Assembly: GCA_028697145.1 (NCBI GenBank)
Contig: JAQVFR010000003.1
Coordinates: forward strand, 3,988 to 67,987
Length of the DNA stretch: 64,000 bases
DNA from: Actinomycetota bacterium
GTDB lineage: Bacteria > Actinomycetota > Geothermincolia > Geothermincolales > RBG-13-55-18
Direction of reading: 5' to 3'
Every line of letters begins with the position of its first letter. Positions within the stretch are counted from its first letter, which is position 1. The position numbers and the translations under genes were made by a program. The notes under the pieces are model-generated. The model searched no databases, was not told the DNA's origin, and saw only the letters and a program-made list of their open reading frames with translations. Shown piece by piece: positions 10,455-18,539 of the stretch.

Positions 10455-11096
10455 TCATTCCACCGCGCCCATGAAGCGCCGCGTGAAGGAGGGGAACTCC
10501 TCTGCGAACTTCTCCGCCCATTCCTCCTTCGTCCAGTACTTGTGGCGGTCGAAGAAGGGGTTGCGGACCTGGCAGCTCACTGCCACGCCGATGCAGAAAT
10601 CTACGTCCTCGATGAACTCGCATGCCGGGGCGGCCGCCCCGATGGTCTGAAAGACACGGCAGTGCAGCCCCATGTAATGGGCCACGGCCGCAGCCGCGTT
10701 GGCGGCCATGTGCACGTCGTAGACGACGAAATGGCAGCAGGGGCCGTTGATGATCGACTCCACGTCCTCCGCCTTGTTCAGCTCCTCGCAGGTAGCGAAG
10801 CCGCAGGCGCCGCAGTCGTAGTTATAGACGGACTTGCGCCTGGCCCCCAGGAGCAGGGCGCGCGTGTCCTGCTGCGCCAGGTCCACGAAGGCGCGGCCGT
10901 CGCGATTGAAGAGGGGCGAGACCTCGGCCACTCCCTCGCAGTAGCCAGACAGGTCGTCGAACTCCTCGGGCCCGATGGCCGATATCCTGATCTTGGGATG
11001 ACCGAACTTGAGCGCGGTGTTCGCCGCCACCGCCATGAGTTCCAGCGCCCGGTCGATGCCGCTCGCGAGGAGATCGTCACCGTTGATGATAGCCAT
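10455..11096 (-). CDS. Cys-rich ferredoxin-like protein (DUF2148-like, C-x2-C-G-x3-C), paralogue 1
   Basis: 213 aa containing YDCGACGFATCEE, GPCCHFVVYD and an additional AAAPAC Cys. The ATG at 11096 follows a GGGGGGG RBS. It is tightly stacked after its paralogue (stop TAG at about 11112). Confidence 0.55.
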   Translation of the reverse strand: MAIINGDDLLASGIDRALELMAVAANTALKFGHPKIRISAIGPEEFDDLSGYCEGVAEVSPLFNRDGRAFVDLAQQDTRALLLGARRKSVYNYDCGACGFATCEELNKAEDVESIINGPCCHFVVYDVHMAANAAAAVAHYMGLHCRVFQTIGAAAPACEFIEDVDFCIGVAVSCQVRNPFFDRHKYWTKEEWAEKFAEEFPSFTRRFMGAVE

Positions 11097-11111
11097 ATCT
11101 CTCACCCCCCC

Positions 11112-11783
11112 CTAGCAGTAGATGGACCGGAAGGTCGGGAATAGCCGGTGTATGAGGCGGTTCTGCAGGGTCTCGTCGTTGTATTCCGCCCACTCTCTGG
11201 GCAGGTCTGCGAAGGGGCTCTTCTCCGTCACCGCGGCGAGGAAGCCCAGGGCGATGTCGCACTTGTAGGGCAGCAGCCCCATCCTCAGGGCGGCGGCCCC
11301 CACCGACATCTTGATGGCATGGTCGATACCCAGCTGGCGCGCCAGGGTCACGGCTCCGTTCAGGGCATAGGCCATGTTCATGGAGCGCAGCAGGCAGAAC
11401 GGGCCGCGGAAAGCGACCGACGGCGCGTCCGGCACCCTCTCGGCGTCACGCCACATGTCACAGAGCAGGTGCCCGCAGAGGTTGCAGTTGGAGTCCATGG
11501 GATCGTGGCTCGAGCGGCGGTCGGCCATGATCATGACCACGTCCGAGTCGCGCACCTGCACCGCGTCGGAGCGGAAAAATTCCCAGCGCGGGTTGTCGGC
11601 GGCCATCCTGTCGATGGCGATAGCCAAATCCTCTATCTCGTCCCTGGAATCCAGGACGTGGATGCTTATCTCGTCCACCCCGCCCACGCGGGGCGAGGTC
11701 GTCGCCGAGGCCAGGAGGAGCTTGCAGGCAAGCCTGACGCTTTCCTCCCTCCTTTCCTCGTACTCCCTCATCTTTCTTTCCAT
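11112..11783 (-). CDS. Cys-rich ferredoxin-like protein (DUF2148-like), paralogue 2
   Basis: Carries SNCNLCGHLLCDMW, the same C-x2-C-G-x3-C spacing as paralogue 1. The ATG at 11783 follows a GGGAGGGGG RBS. Confidence 0.5.
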   Translation of the reverse strand: MERKMREYEERREESVRLACKLLLASATTSPRVGGVDEISIHVLDSRDEIEDLAIAIDRMAADNPRWEFFRSDAVQVRDSDVVMIMADRRSSHDPMDSNCNLCGHLLCDMWRDAERVPDAPSVAFRGPFCLLRSMNMAYALNGAVTLARQLGIDHAIKMSVGAAALRMGLLPYKCDIALGFLAAVTEKSPFADLPREWAEYNDETLQNRLIHRLFPTFRSIYC

Positions 11784-11867
11784 GATGGGACCCCCTCCCT
11801 GCAAAGGAAACTCTTACGAAAACCTCCGGCATGCGCCTTTCCGCATCGCCGTCTCCCGGCAATAAGG

Positions 11868-12269
11868 CTACATGGGAAGGCCGTATTCCTCGCAGATAGC
11901 TGGGTAGGCCTCGTATGCCGGCTTGAGCAAGGGGAGCATGCCGAGGATCTTGGCCATGGGACCCTTGGCCTTGACCTTCCTCTTGGCCAGGGCCACGGGC
12001 AGCTTCAGGTTCTGCAGCCAGAAATTATGGCAGTCGTCGCCGGCCAGCCACATGATCACGTCGCCCTCGGCGTCGGTGGCTCCCACGGCCAGCCCCGGCT
12101 TGTCCGTGCCGTGCAGCAGCCAGATCTCTCCATCGGGGTCGTTGATGACGAACTGTACATTGATGTTCTCGTCGTTGAACTTCTGGCTGACGCTTTCGTT
12201 TTCGAGCAGTTTCGTGAAGAGCTTGCCAAGGACCTCGTACATGAACTCAGTGTCCTTGAATACCGGCAT
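11868..12269 (-). CDS. SCP2 sterol-carrier/lipid-transfer domain protein
   Basis: 133 aa beginning MPVFKDTEFMYEVLGKLF...WLLHGTDKPG...GDDCHNFWLQNLKLPVALAKRKVKAKGPMAKILGM, which fits the SCP2 fold consensus. The RBS AAAGGGG sits 9 nt upstream of the ATG at 12269. The ORF-track N-terminal extension is R/P-rich and judged non-coding. Confidence 0.7.
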   Translation of the reverse strand: MPVFKDTEFMYEVLGKLFTKLLENESVSQKFNDENINVQFVINDPDGEIWLLHGTDKPGLAVGATDAEGDVIMWLAGDDCHNFWLQNLKLPVALAKRKVKAKGPMAKILGMLPLLKPAYEAYPAICEEYGLPM

Positions 12270-12330
12270 AGCGCACACCCCTTTCACTCGCACCTTTTCC
12301 TCACACGCCCAGACTTGACAGCCATATAAC

Positions 12331-12355
12331 ATACCCAAGTATGATACCAAGGTAT
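12331..12355. promoter_or_regulatory. Operator-like double palindrome, site 1, between the divergent SCP2 operon and tetR
   Basis: Sequence ATACCCAAGTATGATACCAAGGTAT, made of two adjacent 12-mers of the ATACC-NN-GGTAT type. It is 22/25 identical to the site at 17427. A TTGACA hexamer lies at about 12314. Confidence 0.6.
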
Positions 12356-12537
12356 CTAATGCGGTGCCCCTCGTCAAGTGGAATAGTCTTGTATTTTCCG
12401 CGAACGGGGGGGCGGCGGACAAACGCCCGGGGAGCGTAGCGGGCGCGCGGCATCCGCGCAGGTTGTTCGCGCTCCCGGGGCGTGGTAGATTCTGTTGTAG
12501 CGACATGATCGCTTTGAATCGGGCAACGGGGGACAAC

Positions 12538-13146
12538 ATGGCGAAGAAGCGGACTGCGCCCAGGACGGAGAAAGGCATAAACACGCGGCAGGCGATTTTC
12601 GATACCGCCATCGCCCTGTTCGCGAAGCGGGGCTATGACAAGGTCACCATCGACGACATCTGCGACAAGGTCGGGGTCACCAAGGGCGCCTTCTACAACT
12701 ATTTCGAGTCCAAGGACCAGATCATCCTGGAGGAGTTCATGCGCATGGACGATCACTACGTCAAGGTCGCGCATGACATAGCGGACTTAAAGAGCAGCGC
12801 GGAGAAACTGCGCGTGTTCAACCGCGAAGCGGTCAAGCTCATGGCCGACCTCGGAGTCACCATGATGAAGGTGGTCTATCACTCCCAGATCGCTCCGAAC
12901 ATGCGCAGACCCTATCTCATGGACGGCAGGCGCTCCCTCTATAAGATCACGAACGAGCTTATAAAGGAGGGCCAGGAGAAGGGAGAGATCCGCGACGACA
13001 TCGCCAGCGAGGAGATGGCGGTCATGCTCATCAACTGCTTCCGCGGCCAGATCTATCACTGGTGCCTGGCAAACGGCTCCTTCGACCTGGTGGGCACCTG
13101 CGACACGCTTTTCGACCTCATAATGGATCGCCTCACGCCGCGCTAG
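12538..13146 (+). CDS. TetR/AcrR-family transcriptional regulator
   Basis: N-terminal helix-turn-helix AIFDTAIALFAKRGYDKVTIDDICDKVGVTKGAFYNYF. The first ATG after the divergent intergenic region is at 12538. Confidence 0.85.
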   Translation: MAKKRTAPRTEKGINTRQAIFDTAIALFAKRGYDKVTIDDICDKVGVTKGAFYNYFESKDQIILEEFMRMDDHYVKVAHDIADLKSSAEKLRVFNREAVKLMADLGVTMMKVVYHSQIAPNMRRPYLMDGRRSLYKITNELIKEGQEKGEIRDDIASEEMAVMLINCFRGQIYHWCLANGSFDLVGTCDTLFDLIMDRLTPR

Positions 13147-13308
13147 ACGCGTCGTCCGGCCTCGAGGCGGCTTATGCGGTGACCCCGCGATCGTCTCTGC
13201 AGCCCGCTTCGGCGCTCGATGCTCCATGCGGTTAAAGTGGCGGCTCTACCGTGTCGATTAATACCAGAGCAAGCGATAACTTATATTCTGGACAGGGGAG
13301 TCTGCAAC

Positions 13309-14358
13309 ATGAAGCGCTGTTCCGCATGCGGTGTTCCCAGAAAGATAACGTCCACCCACAGATGGCTGGATAACGGCACCATGGTGGAGACGAACAATCC
13401 CGATCACCGTATGATCTTCATAGAAAGCGACAACATAGGCGGCGTCTTCACGCGCATCGAGGAAATCCTCGGCCTCCCCATCGAGCACCTCGTCATCGAG
13501 AGCCAGCGCAGGATGACCTACGATTACGTCCGCAGCCTCATGCCGTCCATGGTGCTGAAGTTATTCCGCATGACCTCCATCAGGCCTCTGGCGAAAAGCG
13601 TGACCGAGCTGGGGAGACTCGTAGGCCTGGGAGACGTGGAACTTCTCTCTATGCGCATCAAGGGAGACGAGGGGGACTACGTGAAGCTGGGAGGGAGAAA
13701 CCTCTTCTACATACCTGCCTATTGCGGCATGGTGGTCGGCTCCATGGAGGCGCTGTCCGGACAGGAATGCAGCATCAGCTACGAGGAGACCTCGCCGGGT
13801 TACTACGAGGTGACCACGTCTGTCACGACCCACCCCGTGGAGCTGAAGGAGAGGTTCAAGCCACGGGAGTATTCGCGCAAAGAAGGGGACCTGCGCTTGC
13901 CGCGGTGCTCCCGCTGTGGGGGGCCGTCGGCGCTCGCGGGCTACGATTTCCTCTACGACGAGGGCATCATCCTGCACCGGGCGAACGCACGGCGCATGCT
14001 CTTCGACGGCCCCGCGGAGTTCGAGGCCATCTTCTCCGAGCTGGAGAAGGAGCTGGGCGAGGATATTCCGCAGGTGATAATCGAAGCTCAGAAGCTCTTC
14101 GTCAAGAGCGGATTCTACGACCTCGGCGAGATCATGGACACCGATGCCTTCAGGGAACACCTGGCGCTGCGCGGTCTTGGCAACCTGAGGGACATGGAGT
14201 ACGGAGAGGACCACCTGCGCCTGCGCATCGAGAACCCGTGCCTTCACCTGCTCCTCGCCGGCCTGGCCCAGGGAGTATTCGAGCTCGCGAGCGACCGCGA
14301 GGCCCGGGTTGCCTGGGAGCTGGCGGGAGACGGCGACCTGACCGTAGAGGCATCCTAG
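13309..14358 (+). CDS. Hypothetical protein with an internally duplicated CxxCG-headed domain (paralogue of 37380..38465)
   Basis: Begins MKRCSACGVPRK...; a second repeat starts at LPRCSRCGGP... Each repeat has a conserved ...ARRMLF.G...FEAI...LGE...VIIEAQ core. The RBS AGGGGAG sits 9 nt upstream. No confident family recall. Confidence 0.6.
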   Translation: MKRCSACGVPRKITSTHRWLDNGTMVETNNPDHRMIFIESDNIGGVFTRIEEILGLPIEHLVIESQRRMTYDYVRSLMPSMVLKLFRMTSIRPLAKSVTELGRLVGLGDVELLSMRIKGDEGDYVKLGGRNLFYIPAYCGMVVGSMEALSGQECSISYEETSPGYYEVTTSVTTHPVELKERFKPREYSRKEGDLRLPRCSRCGGPSALAGYDFLYDEGIILHRANARRMLFDGPAEFEAIFSELEKELGEDIPQVIIEAQKLFVKSGFYDLGEIMDTDAFREHLALRGLGNLRDMEYGEDHLRLRIENPCLHLLLAGLAQGVFELASDREARVAWELAGDGDLTVEAS

Positions 14359-14598
14359 GTACGCCGTCGACCTCCGCACTGCTTGGACCGTTGTCGGCGA
14401 CCGCATTCCGCCGATCCTTTTTACCGCGTCATTAGTATTCGACCGATGTGCCCGTGATCATGCGGACCATGCCCAGCATGGAGCAGGCGGCCAGGGCAAC
14501 AACGGCTTAAGCAGAATGTTCACCCGCGGGTTCTTCGCCTCGAGGCTTTCTACCAGGCCTATTCTCACAACCTCCCTCGAGACCGGGACCGCGAGGGC

Positions 14599-15597
14599 TC
14601 AGGGCATCTCCGTCCAGACCTTGCCGCCCTTGCGCCAGGTGATGGGCGGTAATTCCCTCTCCACCATGGTGTCCGCGTTCACGCGCGGGTAGCCCAGGAC
14701 GATGGCCGAAGCCACCTTGTAGGGCCACTTTATCCCCAGCTCCCTCTTGAGCCAGGGAAGGAAATTGATGCCGATGCTGAACGACAGCCAGCAGGTGACC
14801 AGCCCCAGGGAGTGGGCGGCCAGGACCATGTTGGTGCCGCAGATGCCAACGTCAATCCCCGGGTCGTTCATCCCCCGCTTGTCCATGAGGATCAGGATCA
14901 GGCACGGGGCCCCCAGGAAAACGTCTTTCGGCTTGAGGATGGCCGTGCCTCCCGATATGCCCCTCTGATCCATCAACCCGGGAGCCAACGCGCATAAGAG
15001 GCTGAGTATCCTCCTCGTCAGGGGATTGGTCTTGCCCGTCCAGTAGAAATTGGTGAGCAGCCTCCAGAAGGGGTCCATCTTCTCCGCGATATAGTCCATC
15101 TCCGCCCGGTCATTGATCACGATAAAGGCCCAGGGCTGGCAGTTGCCGTGGGAGGGGGCGAAGCGTCCGGCTTCGACCACGCGGCGCACAAGCACGTCCG
15201 GCACGGGGTCCTTGGAGTAGATGCGGTTGCTGCGGCGTTTGTAGATTACCTCCTCGACCGGCGTCAGCCCCTCGATACCCTCCACCTCCGGTATTTTCGG
15301 GTAACCGTCATCACCATGGTAGGACATGGTCCTGAAGATGCCTTCCTCCACGTTGTAGAAGCCCCGCATGCCGACTGCGCCCTTCTCACAGTGGGAGATA
15401 CAGGCGGAACAGGAAAAACATACCTTCCCATCGATCAGCCGCGCCTTCTTGTCCACGATCTCCAGGCAGCCCATGGCGCAGGCCTTGACGCAGTTCCCGC
15501 AGCCCGTACACTTCTCGGCGTCGATGATGATTTCCGAGAGCGACCACGCCTCCGGGTGAGCGGGCAAGTAAGCCTTCTTGAACTTTGCAGACGCCAT
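14599..15597 (-). CDS. Two-[4Fe-4S] ferredoxin domain fused to a nitroreductase-family domain
   Basis: CTGCGNCVKAC and CFSCSACISHC cluster motifs are followed by a nitroreductase-like fold (RRSNRIY..., HGNCQPW). The ATG at 15597 follows AAGGGGGA; an alternative ATG is at 15612. Confidence 0.75.
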   Translation of the reverse strand: MASAKFKKAYLPAHPEAWSLSEIIIDAEKCTGCGNCVKACAMGCLEIVDKKARLIDGKVCFSCSACISHCEKGAVGMRGFYNVEEGIFRTMSYHGDDGYPKIPEVEGIEGLTPVEEVIYKRRSNRIYSKDPVPDVLVRRVVEAGRFAPSHGNCQPWAFIVINDRAEMDYIAEKMDPFWRLLTNFYWTGKTNPLTRRILSLLCALAPGLMDQRGISGGTAILKPKDVFLGAPCLILILMDKRGMNDPGIDVGICGTNMVLAAHSLGLVTCWLSFSIGINFLPWLKRELGIKWPYKVASAIVLGYPRVNADTMVERELPPITWRKGGKVWTEMP

Positions 15598-15790
15598 CGT
15601 TTCCCCCTTCATCTCATACCTTTTACCATACGTACGCGTGCCAGGCCTGCACTCGCTGCACTCCGTTCAGGTGACTGGCACCGCCGCCTTCGGCGCTGTC
15701 GCTTCCGCGATGCATCCTGTCGAAACCTTTTTCATGCCTCGCGCCCCCCAGCCCGATAACTATGGGGTCGGTCGCCGCGAGTCCGCGAGC

Positions 15791-16077
15791 GGGACCGTTA
15801 CCCCAAGGTTCGGGCCAACCGAAGCCTTCCGTCTGCTGGACCGCCGCCAGCACGGCGGGCAAGGTGCTCGGAGGAGCTTGCGACGACGACCATCCTTGCC
15901 GCCGGGCTCCTGCGGAAGCGGGACCGTTGCCCCAAGGCTCGGGCCAACCGAAGCCTTCCGTCTGCTGGACCGCCGCCAGCACGGCGGGCAAGGTGCTCGG
16001 AGGAGCTTGCGACGACGACCATCCTTGCCGCCGGGCTCCTGCGGAAGCGGGACCGTTGCCCCAAGGCTCGGGCCAAA
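15791..16077. repeat. 129-bp tandem direct repeat, about 2.2 copies, intergenic
   Basis: The unit gggaccgtt(g/a)ccccaagg(c/t)tcgggccaaccgaagccttccgtctgctggaccgccgccagcacggcgggcaaggtgctcggaggagcttgcgacgacgaccatccttgccgccgggctcctgcggaagc starts at about 15791, 15920 and 16049. Copies are near-identical. All six frames give R/P/G-rich low-complexity translations. Confidence 0.85.
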
Positions 16078-16078
16078 A

Positions 16079-17338
16079 TCAACCCACGCGCTCCAATATA
16101 TGGATGCACATGGCCGCTTCGCCGGTGCCAATGAAGCCACCGCCGTTCTCTGACATGGCTATCCTCGCCCCCTCCACCTGGCGCTTGCCGGCCTCGCCCC
16201 GCAACTGCGTCACCAGCTCGACCAGTTGGGCGATACCAGAGGCCCCGATGGGATGTCCACGGCATTCCAGCCCTCCCGAGGTGTTGACGGGGAGCTTGCC
16301 CCCCAGCTTGGTGGCACCGGACTCCGCGAAGGGGCCGCCCTCTCCCTCTCCGCAGAAACCCAGTTCCTCGCACTGCAACAGCTCGCCGAAGGCGGTGGCG
16401 TCGTGCACCTCGGCCATGTCGATGTCCTCGGGGCCCACGCCGGCCACCTCGTATGCCTTCCTGCTCAGGCGTTCCCCGATGAGGTCCATGTCGCCTCCCT
16501 CGGGGATGGCGCCTCCGGTGAGCACCGATGCAAGGATCTTCACCGGACGCGCGCCGGTGAAACGCTTCAAGGCCTTCCCCGAGCAGAGTATCGCCGCCGT
16601 GGCCCCGTCCCCCATGGGCGCGCACATGGCGCGGGTGAGGGGGTAAGCCACCGGCCGGTCATTGAGGACCTCCTCGAGGGTCATATCCATCTGGTACTGG
16701 GCCAGGGGGTTCAGGGATGAATGGTAATGGTTCTTGGCGGCGATTATCGCCAGTTGCCGCTGCGTGGTGCCGTATTTCTCCATGTGCATCCGCGCCGCCG
16801 CGGCATAGAGGTCCATGAAGGGAGAGCGGGCGCCCTCGCCCCCTCCCTTCTTGCCCCCTCCCGTCGCCTCGGCCTCGGCCGCCTTCTTCTTCTCGTCCTC
16901 CATGAAAGCGGCAAGCACGACACGGATGAACTCCACGTCCGCGTTGGACATGAACATCTCGAACATGGCCTGCTTGTTGTCCGGGTTGAACATCTTCTCC
17001 ACCCCGATGGCCAGCGCCACGTCGTAAGCGCCCGCCCTGATGCCGAGGTAGGCGCCGTTCACGGCGCTGGTCGCCCCGGCGCAGGCGTTCTCTACGTTCA
17101 TGGTCGGGATGCCCTCGATGCCAAGCGGGACCAGCGCCACCTGGCCGCGTATGGAATGCTGGCCGGTGACTATCCCCCAGAAGGAATTGGAGAACCACGC
17201 CGCCTCAATATCCTTCTTCTGGACCGGGCAGTCCGCCAGCAGGTTGTCGATGACCTCCGCGGTCATCTGCTTGATGCTCTTCTCCGGGTACTTGCCGAAG
17301 CGGAACATCCCCACGCCGATGATATAGACGTCCTCCAT
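16079..17338 (-). CDS. SCP-x/nonspecific lipid-transfer-protein-type thiolase (thiolase-like superfamily)
   Basis: Begins MEDVYIIGVGMFRFGKY...; has NVENACAGATSA with an active-site Cys, and a C-terminal GGLECRGHPIGASG. The RBS AGGAGG sits 6 nt upstream of the ATG at 17338. Confidence 0.8.
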   Translation of the reverse strand: MEDVYIIGVGMFRFGKYPEKSIKQMTAEVIDNLLADCPVQKKDIEAAWFSNSFWGIVTGQHSIRGQVALVPLGIEGIPTMNVENACAGATSAVNGAYLGIRAGAYDVALAIGVEKMFNPDNKQAMFEMFMSNADVEFIRVVLAAFMEDEKKKAAEAEATGGGKKGGGEGARSPFMDLYAAAARMHMEKYGTTQRQLAIIAAKNHYHSSLNPLAQYQMDMTLEEVLNDRPVAYPLTRAMCAPMGDGATAAILCSGKALKRFTGARPVKILASVLTGGAIPEGGDMDLIGERLSRKAYEVAGVGPEDIDMAEVHDATAFGELLQCEELGFCGEGEGGPFAESGATKLGGKLPVNTSGGLECRGHPIGASGIAQLVELVTQLRGEAGKRQVEGARIAMSENGGGFIGTGEAAMCIHILERVG

Positions 17339-17426
17339 CCCTGCCTCCTTTGTTAAGACTTCGACGTCGCACAGACAGAACAGGCGCCTCAGCAGCACTA
17401 TGCGATCGCCAACCGCAGACAGTTTA

Positions 17427-17451
17427 CATACCCTGGTATGATACCATGGTA
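17427..17451. promoter_or_regulatory. Operator-like double palindrome, site 2, about 90 bp upstream of the thiolase start
   Basis: Sequence ATACCCTGGTATGATACCATGGTAT; its second 12-mer is a perfect palindrome. TTTACA is immediately upstream. Confidence 0.6.
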
Positions 17452-17474
17452 TTTTAATCCCCCGGCAGCGTCAA

Positions 17475-18539
17475 TTACGGCTGCCAGCCTTCCTCGGAGG
17501 CCTCTAGCAGGCGCAGCAAGGCCTCCTGGCTCGTGGTGGGATACATCTGACAATACTTGGCATCTCGCATAAGGCGTTCCATGCCATAGTCGCGCATGTA
17601 ACCGTAGCCACCGTGAATCTGTACACCGTCGATGGCCGACTTGCACGCGCTCTCCGTGCAGCGCAGCCAGGCCACCACGGCTGGCGCGATCCCGCCGTCC
17701 TCGCAGGCCCTCTTGACCAGGGTTCTCCCCTGCTCCACCGCCGCGAGCATCTCGGCCAGGAATATGCGCATCTGCTGGTGCTCTACGATCATCTTCCCCG
17801 CCTGATACCTCTCGCTCGCGTAGGCATAGGCCTTGTGCAGCGCGCTGCGCGAAATCCCGTTGGCTATGGACGCCAGGCCCAGCAGCATCACCCTTTCCAC
17901 CGCCCCTGCCATGTCCCCCCCGGAGATGATGTTGGAAGGCTCGGCGCCGTCGAGACGGACCGACCCGGCCCGGGCAGCCCTCAGCCCCATCTGATACGCC
18001 TCGGGTGTCGTCTCCACGCCGCGAGTGTCGCCGCGCACCGTGAGGGCTTGCGTCCCCCCCGAGCCAGCCGGGATCAGGGTGATGAAGGAGCATTCCTGGA
18101 CGTTGAAGGCGAAGGGCACCCGTCCCTGCACCCTCCCCCCCGAGAACGAAACATCGCCGGGGAAGGCGAGACATGCGGGATAATCGTCGGGGCTCACGCC
18201 GGTGATCAGCGCCTCGGGCTCGCCCATGGCCGACGGCAGCAGGGCGGTATTATGCGCCAGCAGGGAGGCGGCGACTCCCGCCTCCTCCACCGCTATCTCC
18301 TCCAGGGCGACACAGAAGGCGTATTCGTCCAGGCCCCCTCCCCCGCATTCCTCGGGGATGAGGGCCGCCAGCATTCCAATGTCACCCGCTTTGGCGATGA
18401 CCTCCCTGACCCGCCCCCGGGTCGGCTCCAGGTCGAGTTGCTCCGCCTGCTGCGAGAGTTCTTTTTGCGCGAAGGCCGCTGCGGTCTCTCGCAGTATCCT
18501 GTACTCCTGGTCCTCGTGAAATTCCGGCAGCCTGATCAT
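17475..18539 (-). CDS. Acyl-CoA dehydrogenase family protein, short form (354 aa), candidate beta-type subunit
   Basis: Has the ACAD C-terminal helical domain (IHGGYGYMRDYGMERLMRDAK). Its ATG overlaps the upstream TAG (TAGATG), indicating translational coupling to 18540..20015. Confidence 0.7.
   Translation of the reverse strand: MIRLPEFHEDQEYRILRETAAAFAQKELSQQAEQLDLEPTRGRVREVIAKAGDIGMLAALIPEECGGGGLDEYAFCVALEEIAVEEAGVAASLLAHNTALLPSAMGEPEALITGVSPDDYPACLAFPGDVSFSGGRVQGRVPFAFNVQECSFITLIPAGSGGTQALTVRGDTRGVETTPEAYQMGLRAARAGSVRLDGAEPSNIISGGDMAGAVERVMLLGLASIANGISRSALHKAYAYASERYQAGKMIVEHQQMRIFLAEMLAAVEQGRTLVKRACEDGGIAPAVVAWLRCTESACKSAIDGVQIHGGYGYMRDYGMERLMRDAKYCQMYPTTSQEALLRLLEASEEGWQP

Noticed and set aside
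8875-10650. 591-aa plus-strand ORF antisense to the acyl-CoA ligase
   Set aside because: Shadow ORF in GC-rich DNA. The ligase on the opposite strand has clear AMP-binding motifs.
13309-14358. Assignment of the CxxCG paralogues to the DUF35 (Zn-ribbon plus OB-fold) family that partners SCP-x thiolases
   Set aside because: DUF35 has a four-Cys ribbon within about 20 residues and is about 130 aa. These proteins have a single CxxC per 170-aa repeat, so the assignment is not supported.
13561-14435. ORFs 13561..14406 (-) and 13722..14435 (+) overlapping the CxxCG paralogue gene
   Set aside because: Low-complexity translations. The plus-strand 13309..14358 frame has a strong RBS and a paralogue elsewhere.
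15578-16646. Long ORFs on both strands covering the 129-bp tandem repeat (for example 15578..16153 +, 15762..16646 +, 15798..16625 -), whose translations contain 43-aa repeats
   Set aside because: All translations are Arg/Pro/Gly-rich low-complexity strings typical of out-of-frame GC-rich DNA. They overlap bona fide flanking genes, so the repeat is judged non-coding.
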